Shown: piece by piece, positions 13,126 through 26,707 of the stretch
How the letters are laid out: each line of letters opens with the position of its first letter
Numbering within the stretch: position 1 is the first letter of the stretch
Source: Octopus sinensis
Taxonomy: Eukaryota
Length of the DNA stretch: 49,504 nt
Reading direction: 5' to 3'
Assembly (NCBI RefSeq): GCF_006345805.1
Contig: NW_021834382.1
Location: 1 to 49,504 of the forward strand
Made by a program: the position numbers and the translations under genes
Notes under the pieces: model-generated
What the model saw: the letters and a program-made list of their open reading frames with translations, nothing else
The model's database searches: none
What the model was told of the DNA's origin: nothing

Positions 13126-14070
13126 CTTATTATACAATAACAAAGAAGAACTGGAAAATTTTTCTGTTCTTTATTTTTCTTTTTGGAGAGAGAAAACCAA
13201 AATAGGTAATTTACTGAAACGATTTATACATCAAGACCGAAAGAATGTTCATGATTCTAAGATTACCTGAAGGAATGAGCTTTTACACTGGATTATTGCC
13301 TCTCAAGTATACTCTTGACAAGATTCCAATTTTCTTAAGTATGTTTAAGAAGGATTTTACACGGATATATATTATTGTAACACCAATTTATTAATCGAAG
13401 CAGAGTTGCCATTGATGGTTATCGACACTGAGTCGGCTGTAATTATAACGTTCTAACTGGTAATCAATAAAGAAATAATAGTAAGCAATATGGCGAACCC
13501 ATTTAAAATGTGACGTGAATTTGAAGCATTTTGTCTGATCTTATCGGGGAAATTTAACATTCACTATGTTTGCCGAGACAGTGATGAAGCAATAAATAAC
13601 TATTGAAAATGTACATCTTACTCGTGAAATTACCGTATGTTCATCTCGAAAACTAAAGAGAACTACAGGTCCGCAGGTCTGCAAGTCTAGAGAAGGATCC
13701 CGATAAGCATTTAGCGTAGAGTATGTATATGTATGAATTCCATCAAGAATGATAAGAGTAGAGGCAGACAATTCAAACCGCCTTTGGTGACAACAGATTT
13801 CTTTAGAAGGATGCGTTATTTAGCTTTGCGGCTCCGTGGAACACAAAACTGTAACGAAAACACAGAGAAGACACCGTACTTGTGTAAGTGAGTGTGTGTA
13901 CTTGCGTGTATGTCTACCATTATTGTTCCTTAGCTCTATATTCATCTGTTATGCGTTCTACCTTTTTATATTTTAGGAATTTTATTCTTATGAGCAAGAA
14001 TTGTATGTTGGTGATGTCCTAACAATTTTACGAACTTTCGAGAGAACGTCTAATCTCTCTCTCTCTCTCA

Positions 14071-15982
<1,912 letters not shown>

Positions 15983-16221
15983 ATTTTTAAGCTCCTACAA
16001 GATGAGTGAACTTCACAACCAGCAAACACCCGGTTCGATTATCGTTTGTACATTTGACTAACGTCTTTAATAACGGTCTTGAGTATTTAGTTCCCCATGG
16101 CCATAAGAATTCTCATTATCTTTATCTTTTACTTGTTTCAGCAATTAGACTGCATCCATACTGGGGCATCGCCTTCAAGGGTTTTATTCGAACGGAAAGA
16201 TACCAGTACTTATTTCTAATG

Positions 16222-16480
16222 GAGGCACGTGGCTTAGTGGTTAGTGTGTTGGACTCATGATCGTAAGATTGTCGTTTCGATTCCTGAAGAGCGCGACGCG
16301 TTGTTTTCTTGAGCAAAACACTTCATTTCACGTTGCTCCAGCCCACTCAGCCGGCAAAACTGAGTAATCCAGCGACGGACCAGCGTCTCGTCCATGTGGG
16401 GAATTTATATGTCAATAAATTGGGAAACCGGCCCATGATTGTCGGCATGATTCAAGAAGGTAACTTTACCTTTACCTTAG
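16222..16480 (+). mobile_element. tRNA-derived SINE with a family C-like head and a different tail
   Basis: A-box-like ggcttagtggttag, then gtttcgattcct, ttcttgagcaaaacacttcatttcacgttgctccag, and tail gaaggtaactttacc. Confidence 0.7.
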
Positions 16481-16699
16481 TACTTATTTCTAAGACTGGC
16501 ACTTATTCTGTTGGTCTCTTGTCCGGTTGCCATGCTAAACTGGGGGTCAAACACAAACACAAAAGCACACACTCACAGAAATACGCACACATACAGATAC
16601 ATACACGAACGCAAACGCACACACTAACAGAAACACACATATACACAAACACAAACACACACACGTATGTAATGAATTTCTTTGATTCTACCAAATCAG

Positions 16700-16805
16700 C
16701 ACAATAGGCTGTAGTCAACCTGGGGCTTTAGCTGAAGACATGTCACTAAGGTGCCACGCAGTGGGACTGAATCCGGAACCATATGGTTACGTAGCAAACT
16801 TCTTA
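16700..16805 (-). mobile_element. Family B SINE head fragment
   Basis: ggtgccacgcagtgggactgaatccggaaccatatgg is the reverse complement of the family B head. Confidence 0.75.
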
Positions 16806-17429
16806 AAGAGAATTCTGTTATAGCTTCCAAAAACTCATTTATGTTATCTGAATTATTTATTATTTCAGTAATAGACATAATAAGATATTCAATAGTAGAT
16901 TGCTGCGAGGAGAATTTTCAAAAACGTTTACAGTTACTTAGAAAATGGAACGTGTTAAAAAGGTCATTCGACTTCAATTATGTTTAGTAAAATGATTTTC
17001 ATAATTAAGAATTCGGTTATAATTCTGCATTATTTATATGTTATTTTCGATAATTTTGGCTGTCTACTTCTAGGGCTTTGATACTTAATTTAGTTTTATA
17101 TTACAGCGAAGATGTATATTTAACACATCTGAAAAAGTGTATTTTGTGTGAAGCCGTTTATGTTGCTATTTTTCTCATGAACTGTTATAAGGAAATGCAA
17201 AATCGAAACATAAATTCAAAATGTCTCTGCCTTCGTAAGACTGTCTTCGTTCCTTTTTTCTATCTCTTCTTTCTTCACCATTTCCTCTTTCTACCTCCTC
17301 GTGTGTATATACATATATATGTGGGGTGGGGTGTAGGGATATAAAACATCCACTTTTCACTGGTTAACTGTTTAATACGCAATATATTGGAAAATATTTT
17401 CTTCAATACAAATGAGTATATATGCACAA

Positions 17430-18937
17430 TCTATATATATAATACAGAAGATGTCTATCTGTCTGTCTGTGTAACTGCATTTCTACATTTTACAACCAAT
17501 TTGCACCAAATTTCATTCTAAGGTTTCTGAAGTCCTATTAAGCGTCGTAGGCTCTTTTATTATTCCGTACATCGGTTGCTGGGCCTCGCCGAAGTAGATA
17601 ACTCCCGTAAGCCTCTCTCTTGGAGTCAGAAGTACTACTGCATAAATGATTCCGGCAGTTTGCATTCCATCTTCACCGAAATTAATCTTTTGTTTGCTTA
17701 TGGTATATAAATGAAGTTGCATGCACTTGCGCAGAAATTCAGGTGTAGGACTCCTTGGGGGCAGTAAATCGATTTTGATGAATGTTGAAGTTGATATCAT
17801 CAATTCAACAAAACTTATTGCGTCTTAAGAAAGGTGGCTCCGTCATGCTCCTCAGGAACTTGGAACCCCCTAAGGTCTGCAACGGCACGCGTCTGGTCAT
17901 TCAAAAGGCCATGCCTCATGTTATTGAGGCAACCACACTTACAGAATATGGTAAGGGAGGATATGGTAAGGGAGGATATGGTAAGGGAGGATATTGTCTT
18001 TACCCCAAGGATACCTTTCATTCCATCTGATAAAAACATTCCTTTCACATTCAGAAGGCTGAAATTCCCTCTCCGGCTCAGTTTCGACATGTCGATTAAC
18101 AAATCACAGGGTCAGACGCTGACGATGGAAGGGATTAATTTAAAAGAACCGTGCTTCTTCCATATGGTCAACAGTATGTTGGCGGCTCTCGAGTGGGGAG
18201 CCGACATAACCTATTTGCTTTTGCTACTCGCGAGGAAACCCAAAATATCGTGTACAAGGAAGTTTTGTAGGCGCCAACAAGTAATCGCTGTTTATTTATT
18301 TATGCATTTATTTATTTATTTATTTATTTATTTATCACTGTATCCGTGTGCTATTTCTGTCCTTTTGACAATACCACGTACGCCTGTGAGGTTGCTTTTA
18401 CTATACGTTATAAATGTTCAATGTCTCCGTTTTCCTCATTAATATGTTGCTACCACGCTTTGTTAACGATATTCCGTAGTTTTAATCTACTTTTCCCTCC
18501 ATCTTATTTACACATTTTTTGACATTCCAGCGTGATCTTGCGAAGGCCGTTTTTGTTGTCACCGACTTTTACATGATTTTCTAGGTTACAATCTCAAATA
18601 ACAAGCAATACGAATACGACACACCAAAGTGGTGTGAAGGACTTCTTAAGGGTCACCACTTCTAATCGGAGTCGTCTTTGATGACAGCTCTGCCGCTGGG
18701 AATTTTAAGTTAAGAGTGAACGATCGAAGGTCCTCTTCAGGACCACCAACAACAAATTGTTATCAGTGGATTCGTCTTAGCTGGCAGCACCGCCACAGAG
18801 ATATTTCATAGCGAATATTCAAAGACCCTCTTTAGAGCCAACGCCTATAAATTGTTACTTCTATAGTCGTGTTTCTGTTCATTTATACGAATACTCCATT
18901 GAGACTTATGCCGAGCAATGTCGGGTACCTCTGCAAG
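17430..18937 (+). mobile_element. Internally deleted Helitron with both termini
   Basis: 5' end A|TCTATATATATAATACAGAAG. 3' end hairpin CCGA-gcaatg-TCGG (18911-18924), then ctgCAAG|T, a degenerate CTAG. Inserted between A and T with no TSD, and carries a Pif1-helicase C-terminal fragment. Confidence 0.8.
17815..18270 (+). pseudogene. Helitron RepHel Pif1-family helicase C-terminal fragment (frameshifted)
   Basis: LRLKKG..VMLLRNLEPPKVCNGTRL, FTPRIPFIPSD, F.FRRLKFPLRLSFDMSINKSQGQTL and terminal NIVYKEVL-stop (TAG 18268-18270). A 15-bp unit ATATGGTAAGGGAGG is triplicated at 17946-17990. Confidence 0.9.
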
Positions 18938-19735
18938 TATACAATAATGAGAGGAAAGTAGAGAGTTTAAACTGACATATGTTCATTTATTAACATAATA
19001 TAATATTATTTTAATATAAAATAAATATAATTCCTACAATTGCTTCAATTCATACTGAAAACTAAATATTTATATTAGGAAAATATTTGAGTAAGAAGCT
19101 CATCAGGGTAAACTGGACAAAAATCACATATGAGAAGTTTGAAATAGTAAAACAGACTGAATCAATACATGTGTATTTTTGTGTGAGCGTCAAATAAAAT
19201 AAAATAAAATAAAAATTTATATAACAGTTATAAAATATGTGTGTATACATTTAAGAATAATTTTCGTGATGTTTTCATTCGTTCAGAAAGTCGACGATGG
19301 CCCTGAACGAGATTGGTCTTCAAGCAACAAGTGACCATTCCTAAAGCGTGAAAACCACTCGTAAACCTGTTTTGCTAATGGCAGTGTCATGGTAAGCTGT
19401 TTGAAGCATGACATCTGTTCCGACTACCGTTTTAACCATCGCAAAAATCGACCAACAGGGGAGAAGCACTGCAAAACAAAGATGCACCACTTAGCTGTAC
19501 ATCATGACCCGGTACGCCGTTCGGTAAACTGATGCCTGAGGATCGCATCAAGTGGCTTCAAGCCACAGAAGCCTGACCTAAAAACGACTACAACGGGCTT
19601 ATTGCCTTGATAGACACACGACGGTCTTCATTCAGAAAATAGCGAATTTTCTCAGCCTGCTCTGATGTTCTTACGTCCCTCTCCCTCTCACACCTCTTCA
19701 TCACCTCTCATCCCCTCTCTACTTTCCTTGAACCC

Positions 19736-19769
19736 ATTGTACGAGCAAAAAATGTTTTGCTCGTACAAT
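19736..19769. repeat. Perfect 15-bp inverted repeat with a 4-nt loop
   Basis: ATTGTACGAGCAAAA-aatg-TTTTGCTCGTACAAT. Confidence 0.9.
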
Positions 19770-19870
19770 TTGATCCATAGGCAGTCTTGATCATTTTATA
19801 AGTTCTGTAACATTTTTGCCTAATTTGACACTAAACTTTAATGTATAGTCCGCTTCCAAATTATCTGCAT

Positions 19871-19929
19871 TGACCTGTACTAACTAGCAACCTGTACTAA
19901 CAAGCAGTGACCTGTACTAACAAGCAGTG
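19871..19929. repeat. About 3 copies of a 20-bp minisatellite unit
   Basis: GACCTGTACTAACAAGCAGT-like unit repeated. Confidence 0.85.
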
Positions 19930-22020
19930 TTTAGTAGGGTGTGTTCAAAATTGCTGCTATAGAGGTTTCCTCCAATCTGGAATAAAAAAGTTGGCAGGTC
20001 ATCTTACTAGTTGTATATTAATGATTTGCTAAAATTACAATAATGTAGGACAGTTAAATCTGTCTCTCATAGAAAAAGTTTCAAACCTTCTGGAATTCTC
20101 CTGCATATGTGTGTGTATGCTTATGTGTGTGTGTGTATGTGTGTGTTTGTGTGTGTGTATGTGTGCGCTTGTGTGTGTGCGTGTGTGGGTGTGCTTGTGT
20201 GTGTGTGTGCGCGCGCGCATGTATGTGCATGTTTGTGTGTATCTATGTAAATACACTTACACTGAGCCACACAGACATGTGTGTGTGTGTATTGACTATT
20301 AAATGGTAATTTGGGAAATAATTGAAATTAGCGCAGCTAAAATATATGAAAAATTCTCGCCACTCGAAAAGATCTCCTGCATCCATAGTCGTCGGTAACA
20401 GCAAGCTTTTAAAGTGCTATTTGTGATCAAACGAGGAAATCTATAAGTATTATCTGAAAATTTGTAAATGGAATAAATAAAGATGAGAACTTGTTTTATG
20501 TGGCATTTATGACACTAGAGTTCAGTTCTGCCGAATATCTAAGGCTACAATGTCTGTCGGGTAAAACGAGATTGCTGTATCGACCAGTACATACAATATC
20601 TTATTCGTATTCCATTAACTATTTGTAAAGAATTGATATTTTAATGTATTATGCAGGTAAATTTATAAGGAAATCGTCGGTTTGTCCTCTTTCCGATCGA
20701 TAAGTAGTTACATAGTCGAAAGAAACATATTTCCACTCACTATTGAGGTATTTATTGCTGCATAAGAAGTACTAAAACCTTACAACTGTTTGCACTTTTA
20801 GAAACTTCCTTAGAAACTCATGAAGCTGCCTATCTTTGGTCTAGATAATGTTATAGAATCTAAGATGCTAATGAAACACGACTATGTATAAATTCCTCTT
20901 CCACTTTATTTACTGATTCGTCACTTCTTTTATTCTTTTCTTTAGCTTTCTCCCTTCATTTTCCATGGGACTTTATGTCGTTTATTAAAAGGAATTTCTA
21001 TCTTTTATGTTGAGTAACATCTTTAATTCAACTTTCGCTTGTACTTTGCATTTCTGCCTAACTGAAACTTTGTGCACATGTAATAAATATCTCACATCCT
21101 TATTGCATCTGTATAAATAAGATAACCTCGTGCAAATGTAACAAATTACACATCATTATTTCTTCTTCATATAAATCGTGGACCTTGGTTATATTTAAGA
21201 AATTAATCTATATAAGCCGTAGTTCTCTTCTGTCCACCTTATCTGGTGAAATGAAATAAAAGGCAGTGAACTCACTGATTTTAATCATCGAATTTGCAAA
21301 TGCAAACGAGGACACCACCCGACACCACCCAACAAAAGTGGTCGTGAATATTTCACTTTTGAATGCAACATTAGATTGTAGGATGAAAGGAAAAGTTAAG
21401 AACAAAGATAATGAAAGAACAACAGAATTGCTGAAACCTTCGGTAGTAAACGAGTTAATTCGGCAGTTAAACTTATTCCATGTATTGAATGCAATTTTCT
21501 TCCTCCACATTAAACTATTTATCGTTGAGTCAATTCTACTCTCCGTTAAATACATATATATTTTTTCCACTTAAATATTTGTTAATTTACCATTGCAAAA
21601 TTTATACTTTTCCACTTTGTTTATGGATGCAGAATGTTTGACTAACACATTTCATTGAAATGTTACGTTAATATTGTAGTAAAATTATAATAAAATATTC
21701 CTGTTTGTAATCACAAATATCACTAACATATAAACACATATCCACGAATGTGAGAGCTTTAACAGCTGTCAGGTCTCCTTGAAATAAGGCAGAAAAGGCT
21801 ATATCATAATGATGAGGACAGAACCTTGACTAGTCATCTGAATAAATATAAACGCTATACAACATGTACTGAGTTTACACAATATGAAATAAAATGTTTT
21901 TAAAATAAGATTATTTATTAAGCATTTGCTCAGAAGGCGTAAATTGCAATAATTTAACCACTTAAAAATCATTGTGAATGAATTAGCAGTAAAAGTAATA
22001 AATTTAGTATTTTAGATATA

Positions 22021-23274
22021 TTGGGTCATCCCATAAATAATGGGTTTTTTTCAATTGCATGAACTAAAAGTCGAAGTGCTATGGGATAAACTACCTGCAT
22101 CAACTTGCGATAAAATCAGGTAATAATTTTACTTTGTCTATTCTTAGTACAAATGTTGAAGAGTGCAGTTCAATTTTAACAGTTATTTTTTCAAAGCTCT
22201 AATGGAAGTGACAAAGGAGCATATTCGGCATATTTTGCTTCATCGCAACACCGCAACCGAAATTGCGAGGAATGCAGTATATGGGGATTGGACAATAAAC
22301 GTAAGCCAGTGTCAACGGTAGTTCCAAAAATTCCGAGCTAGAAACTACAGCCTAAAAGACGAACTTCGTGCTGGTAGATATGTAAAACTCGACGAGGACG
22401 TCCTGGAAACCTTGGTAGAACAAAATCCCAACGTAACTGTTGAGGAACTAGTAGAGAAGCTTGGATTTGGTCATTCATCTATTCATCGACACCTGCGTAC
22501 TATCGGAAAAGTCAGAAAATTAGATCAATGAGCTCCTCACAAACTTTCCGAGTCTAATTGCGAACAGAGAGTAAATGTGTGCTCTTCTTTGGTATCCATT
22601 CTCACGAATGAACCTTTTTAGGACCGAGGCGTGACTAGTGACGAGAAATGGGCTCTTTATAAAAATGTCAAGGTAGGGAAAGGAGAAACACCGACAATCC
22701 GCGCTAAAGAAGGACTTCATCCACGTAAGGTGTTGTTATCTGTTTGGTGGGATATGAAATGTTTAGCCCACTTTGAACTTTTAAACCCAAACCAAACGAT
22801 AACAAAGGAGATCTACTGCGAGCAGCTTGAGAGGCTTAAGACAGCGCTGGAAGAAAAATGGCCATCTTTGGATTCAAGACGAAAGGTTTTCTTCCATCAA
22901 GATAACGCTCGATTACATACAACGAGGATGGCCTTCCAAAGTCTGGATCAGTTTGAATAGGAAACGATGTCCCACCCACCGTATTCGCCAGACATTGCCC
23001 CATCTGATAATTTTTTATTCCGCTGTCTTCAAAATTATTTGAACGGAAAAAATATGAATTCTGTAGACGAGGTCAGAACAGTACTGGAGGAGTATTTTTT
23101 GTCACAGATAAGTGAATTTTGGAAGAGGGACCCTGCAAGTCTAACAGATAGATGGAAGAGCATTGTAGAAGATGAAGGGGAGTTTATTTTAGACTAAAAT
23201 ATAACTTTGTTTGCCTTACTTTTGAAAAATGAAAGAAATATGAAAAAACCTGCATTATTTATGGGATTATCCAA
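22021..23274 (+). mobile_element. Full-length mariner (DD34D) transposon, inactive
   Basis: TA TSD at 22019-20 and 23275-76. TIRs TTGGGTCATCCCATAAATAATG and the reverse complement of CATTATTTATGGGATTATCCAA. Length 1254 bp. Confidence 0.92.
22202..23197 (+). pseudogene. Mariner transposase pseudogene
   Basis: MEVTKEHIRHILL start, VTSDEKW, LHPRKVLLSVWWD, FFHQDNAR and HPPYSPDIAPSD.FLF. In-frame stops replace conserved Trp codons, and there are indels. Confidence 0.92.
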
Positions 23275-23891
23275 TAGAAACAATTTAAACTTTGTTGTCA
23301 GCAAAGCGTCGGGTACTGAGCATTGATAAATTTACATACTTTTCCTTTTGTACTTTATTGTGCAGTTTAACTTAATTTCACAACCTTTATTTATATAATC
23401 TTCTCCATTTTTCAGTAAGTTTTTCAATGTGAGACAACTATATATTATTTCTTAGTGCGAGACCCAACATATTGTAGCTTTGAATAGCTTAAAGATACAT
23501 AATGCAGACCTACCTCATTAGATTAAGCTTCAGACATGTATAATTCGCGAAGAGAATAGTACTGAATCTACAATATTCTGTCGATACTGTGAACTTTTGT
23601 AACCCCAATGCTGCACCACCAGTACAGATATCCGCTTTCTTTTACGCATACTTAGTCTCCAAAATGTATAATTCTCTATCTTTCTCCCTCTCAGTCTTAT
23701 TTTCTGTTTATATTGTTTGATAACATACATTCAGAAAATGTCAGTTCAGCTTGGAGATATATTTTTCTAAATACGTCCATCTCTAAACTTCCTTCGTTAT
23801 TCCAGAGGGAAAATCTTTGGAACTTTATAGCAATATTTCTAAAAACATTACCCCTTTAATAGGCAAGTTAAACCTGAAAGAAACCAATGTA

Positions 23892-24103
23892 GGAGGGGTG
23901 TTGAAAAGTTCCTGGCTTTGAGTAAAAGAAAATACAGGAGGATCAATTAATTATGGTTTTATTCAACATATTCCCCCCTCCGATTCACACATTGCAGTGG
24001 TCCTTCAGTTTTCCTAAGCCCTGTAAAAGAACACGGAAGGTTAGGCCTCCAATCTGGCCTTTCGCGATACCCTTAAAGCTAGGAACTTGTCAGCATCCCT
24101 TCA
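23892..24103. mobile_element. 212-bp Tc1/mariner MITE
   Basis: TA flanks at 23890-91 and 24104-05. TIR GGAGGGGTGTTGAAAAGTTCCTGGCTTT versus reverse complement TGAAGGGATGCTGACAAGTTCCTAGCTTT. Confidence 0.8.
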
Positions 24104-24589
24104 TACTTGATCGCTACGTAAAAGTAACGTTTGAAACCTGGAATACGACGAGGATTTACTCGGAAAAGGTCATTATGATTTATTCATATTGGAAACGGTT
24201 TAACCTTTCAGCACGCCTACTTCAAGGTTCATCTTTATTATTTGTAGTTCTTACCATTTCTTTATCAGTTTTTCCATTAGCTTCGAACAATAAATTACCC
24301 CGACCCATCTCCGTTTTTAAGTATTCTTCGCTTCATCTTCTGAATAAAGGAGTTGTTAGTGATATTGGTGATATTGCTTTTCGTGTTTTTATACTGTGTA
24401 GCATTTGTAAACCAAGAATAAAACCATACGCGTGAACCTTGTTGCAGGAATAAAAGAGAGTCTTAGAGTGTCTGGCCTATGTCTAGTAAGACGGTGAGGA
24501 TTCTATGCAACACTGGACCAATGCTCTCCAATGCTCTGCAACATTGGACCAAATGACTCATTTCTACACCAATAAGTTATCCCCTACCC

Positions 24590-24722
24590 ACCCAAACACA
24601 CGCCAAGTGCTAAACCATCGAACAAATAAGATCCCTGGCCTTGACAATGTCCCTTCCCGTAAACTTAAGCATTGCGCTGCAGAATTTCCTCCTATACTAA
24701 CTAAATTCTTTAATCTCTTTCT
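24590..24722 (+). pseudogene. Fragment of a CR1/L2/Jockey-type LINE ORF2, just upstream of the RT domain
   Basis: NKIPGLDNVPSRKLKHCAAEFPPILTKFFNLFL resembles the K(A/S)PGPD.IP.R.LK.CA..L...L..LFN.SL motif. Confidence 0.65.
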
Positions 24723-24882
24723 GCTTCTCTCTCTCTCTCTCTCTTCCTCTCTCTCTTTCTCTCCATCTCTCTCTTCCTCTCTCTCTTTCTCTCCATCTCT
24801 CTCTTTTCCTCTCTCTCTCTCTTCCTCTCTCTCTTTTTCTCCATCTCTCTTCCCCCACTCTCTCTATCTATTTTTGTATATA

Positions 24883-25412
24883 CGAGGGTGAGTCAAAACG
24901 TAATGCCATTTTGTGTAGGACAGGTATAATAACCAACACAGAGACATGTATCATACATCAAAATGAAGCTGGTCCTCTGTGGATCACATCCCTACTTCTC
25001 AACATAGTCACCGTTTCTTTCAATAGCAATGTTCCACTTTCGAACTAGAGCATGTATCCCTGCCGAGTAAAATTCTGTTGACTGTTCTTTGAGCTACTTC
25101 TTCACTACAGTTTTCACTTCCTCGTCACTGGAATAATCTTTGGCTCCATGAAAGAGGGTTTGAGAGGCAAACATTATTCTAGGGACGAGGAAGTCAAAAC
25201 TGTAGGGAAGAAGTAGCTCAAACAATTTTACGGGGCAGGGATACATGCTCTCATTCGATGGTGGAACATTGCTATTGAGGGAAACGGTGACTCTATTAAG
25301 AAGTAGGGATACGATCCACAGAGGACCAGCTTCATTTTGGTGTAGACATGTTCCTGTGTTGGTAATTATACCAGTCCTAAACAAAATGGGATTACCTTTT
25401 CACTCACCCTCG
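24883..25412. mobile_element. Fold-back mariner derivative: two inverted copies of the transposon 3' end
   Basis: Arms 24883-25137 and 25173-25412 are reverse complements, roughly 80 percent alike by eye. Both end in a CGAGGGTGAGT TIR. The right arm encodes MKEGLRGKHYSRDEEVKT..GIHALIRWWNIAIEGNGD. Confidence 0.85.
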
Positions 25413-25446
25413 TGTGTGTATGTATATATATATATATATATATATG

Positions 25447-25665
25447 TACTCTTTTACTCTTTTATTTGTTTCAGTCATTTGACTGCGGCCATGCTGGAGC
25501 ACCGCCTTTAATCGAGCAACTCGAACCCGGGACTTATTCTTTTGTAAGCCCAGTACTTATTCTATCGGTCTCTTTTGTCGAAACGCTAAGTAACGGGGAC
25601 ATAAACACACCACCATCGGTTGTCAAGCAATGTTAGGGGGACAAACACAGACACACAGACAACAC
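25447..25665 (-). mobile_element. Family B SINE 3' half
   Basis: cagtcatttgactgcggccatgctggagcaccgcc ... ccatcggttgtcaagc. Confidence 0.85.
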
Positions 25666-25684
25666 ACACACACACAATTATATA

Positions 25685-25731
<47 letters not shown>

Positions 25732-25741
25732 GACATACTAC

Positions 25742-25848
<107 letters not shown>

Positions 25849-26240
25849 TATATATGTACGTATGTATGTATGTATGTATATAAAAAATGAGGAGTGGAAC
25901 AGGTAATGTACAGATTACAACTGCTTCACAGCAAGCTGAAATCGGTTTGGTAAGTTGTAACGACCATAATCCCGCTTAGATAATCTTCCAGTTTCTGTTA
26001 CCTCAACGTTGTTTACGTTGTCACTAGGAGATGGAAAGTTGATACATTTTTCATTACCTTCAAAGTAATATTGGAGACAACCATTAACAAATGATGTATT
26101 AAATCCACGTATGACAGATTGAGATAGCTTAAGACATTTATCCATTAACATACTTATACAGAAACATACATACATATAAGAATATAAGAATACATATACA
26201 GGTATACATATCCATACTTATATATACCTGCATAAATGCA

Positions 26241-26277
<37 letters not shown>

Positions 26278-26328
26278 CATGCTTATATATATACATATAT
26301 ATACATATATATACATCATACTACATAT

Positions 26329-26360
<32 letters not shown>

Positions 26361-26392
26361 CATTATATATATATACACACACACATATATAT

Positions 26393-26447
<55 letters not shown>

Positions 26448-26540
26448 ACATATATATTACATATTACATATATATATATATATTATATATTATAATATAT
26501 ATATATATATATGTATACATATATATATATATAATATATA

Positions 26541-26577
<37 letters not shown>

Positions 26578-26672
26578 GTATGTATGATACATATATATTA
26601 CATATTACATTATTTATTATATATACATATATGTATACATATATATATGTATACATATATATATATGTATAC

Positions 26673-26704
<32 letters not shown>

Positions 26705-26707
26705 TAT

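Noticed and set aside
21208-21574. Overlapping antisense ORFs of 120 and 102 aa
   Set aside because: No motifs or splice support. The length is within chance expectation.
22300-22965. Apparent G-to-A hypermutation (three Trp codons changed to stops in the mariner)
   Set aside because: Ascertainment bias, since TGG-to-stop changes are the easiest to notice. It cannot be tested without a consensus.
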